NCBI RefSeq assembly: GCF_009914755.1
Contig: NC_060947.1
DNA: 64,000 bases
Reading direction: 5' to 3' (one strand)
Origin: the human T2T-CHM13v2.0 reference genome, Homo sapiens
Positions 63,285 to 64,000 of the stretch are shown in pieces. The notes under the pieces are model-generated. The model was given only the letters and a program-made list of their open reading frames with translations. It made no database searches and was not told the origin of the DNA. Position numbers and translations under genes: made by a program. Numbering within the stretch: position 1 is the first letter of the stretch; the number at the start of each line of letters is the position of its first letter.

Positions 63285-63660
63285 TATCCTGGAAGGCACA
63301 CTGGAGTGGGAGATGAGAGAGCTGCTTTACCTATACTACTAACATCTTTAACCAAGGTCAATCACTTTTCTCTCTAGTAGGCAATTCTCTTAATTGCAAA
63401 ATGAAAGGCTCAGGGATATGGGGAAGGAAGTAAGTTTACTTTTATTGAGAGTTTTCCATGTACTACTGGACACTACAAAAATTCTTTAACATATTATTGT
63501 ATTTGGTCTTTACAACTACCCTAAAAGCTAGATACTAGAGTTCTTTCAGTTTTACGGAGGAGAAAACTGAGGCTTACAGAAATTAGACATTTTAAATAGT
63601 CCTCAGCAGAGCCCTAGGAGTCCATAAAGGTGCCTCTGTACCCCTCAATGTAGTGAGAGG
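63285..63660. mobile_element. Two MIR fragments in opposite orientation (+ ~63285-63420; - ~63440-63660)
   Basis: ggtcaatcacttttctctct...tgcaaaatga; ttttacggaggagaaaactgaggcttacaga. Confidence 0.65.
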
Positions 63661-64000
63661 GTAGATGCCTTGACGACCAATTTCAATCAAACCTACTGTG
63701 TTTTCATACATTATATATGTTGGATTTCCATGTATGTTTTTCTTTGTACTTTATATTCTGATGCTAGAAAGATATTTAAAAATTTTTAGTAATCTCAAAG
63801 ATCTTGTCTGCCATCAATATAACATTCAACATCCAGTCATCACAAGAAAATACTACAAGGTAGACATCTGCTGGGCTTTCTCATTAGAGATCATCAGTTT
63901 CTCACATGAATTTGAAATCATCCATGTTTTTCTTCCTCCTAGTATAGAAACCAACATTCTGAGCTTTCCATATCTTATGCTGTTTTGAATTCTACACAGA

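Overview
AT-rich, repeat-dense primate genomic DNA, very probably human because it carries an AluYb8 with its diagnostic 7-bp duplication. I see no host protein-coding exon, tRNA/rRNA gene, CpG-island promoter or CRISPR array. The ORF track is explained by L1, Alu, LTR and microsatellite sequence. The window holds a full-length dead L1PA (about L1PA5, 46748-52903), two 5'-inverted young L1 insertions, eight Alus, old L1M/L2/MIR, MaLR/ERVL LTRs and hAT MITEs. Three structures stand out. (1) A provirus-shaped chimera at 57293-59431 has a THE1 5' LTR at one end and an MLT2A/HERV-L 3' LTR at the other, flanked by one 5-bp TSD (GCCTT). (2) A 5'-inverted L1 insertion at 5638-6018 has a polyadenylated 3' half that is non-L1 sequence. 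(3) A perfect 227-bp locally templated duplication sits inside an AluJ (37466-37692 = 38162-38388). Subfamily names come from recalled consensus sequences, not from a database search, and boundaries of old repeats are approximate.
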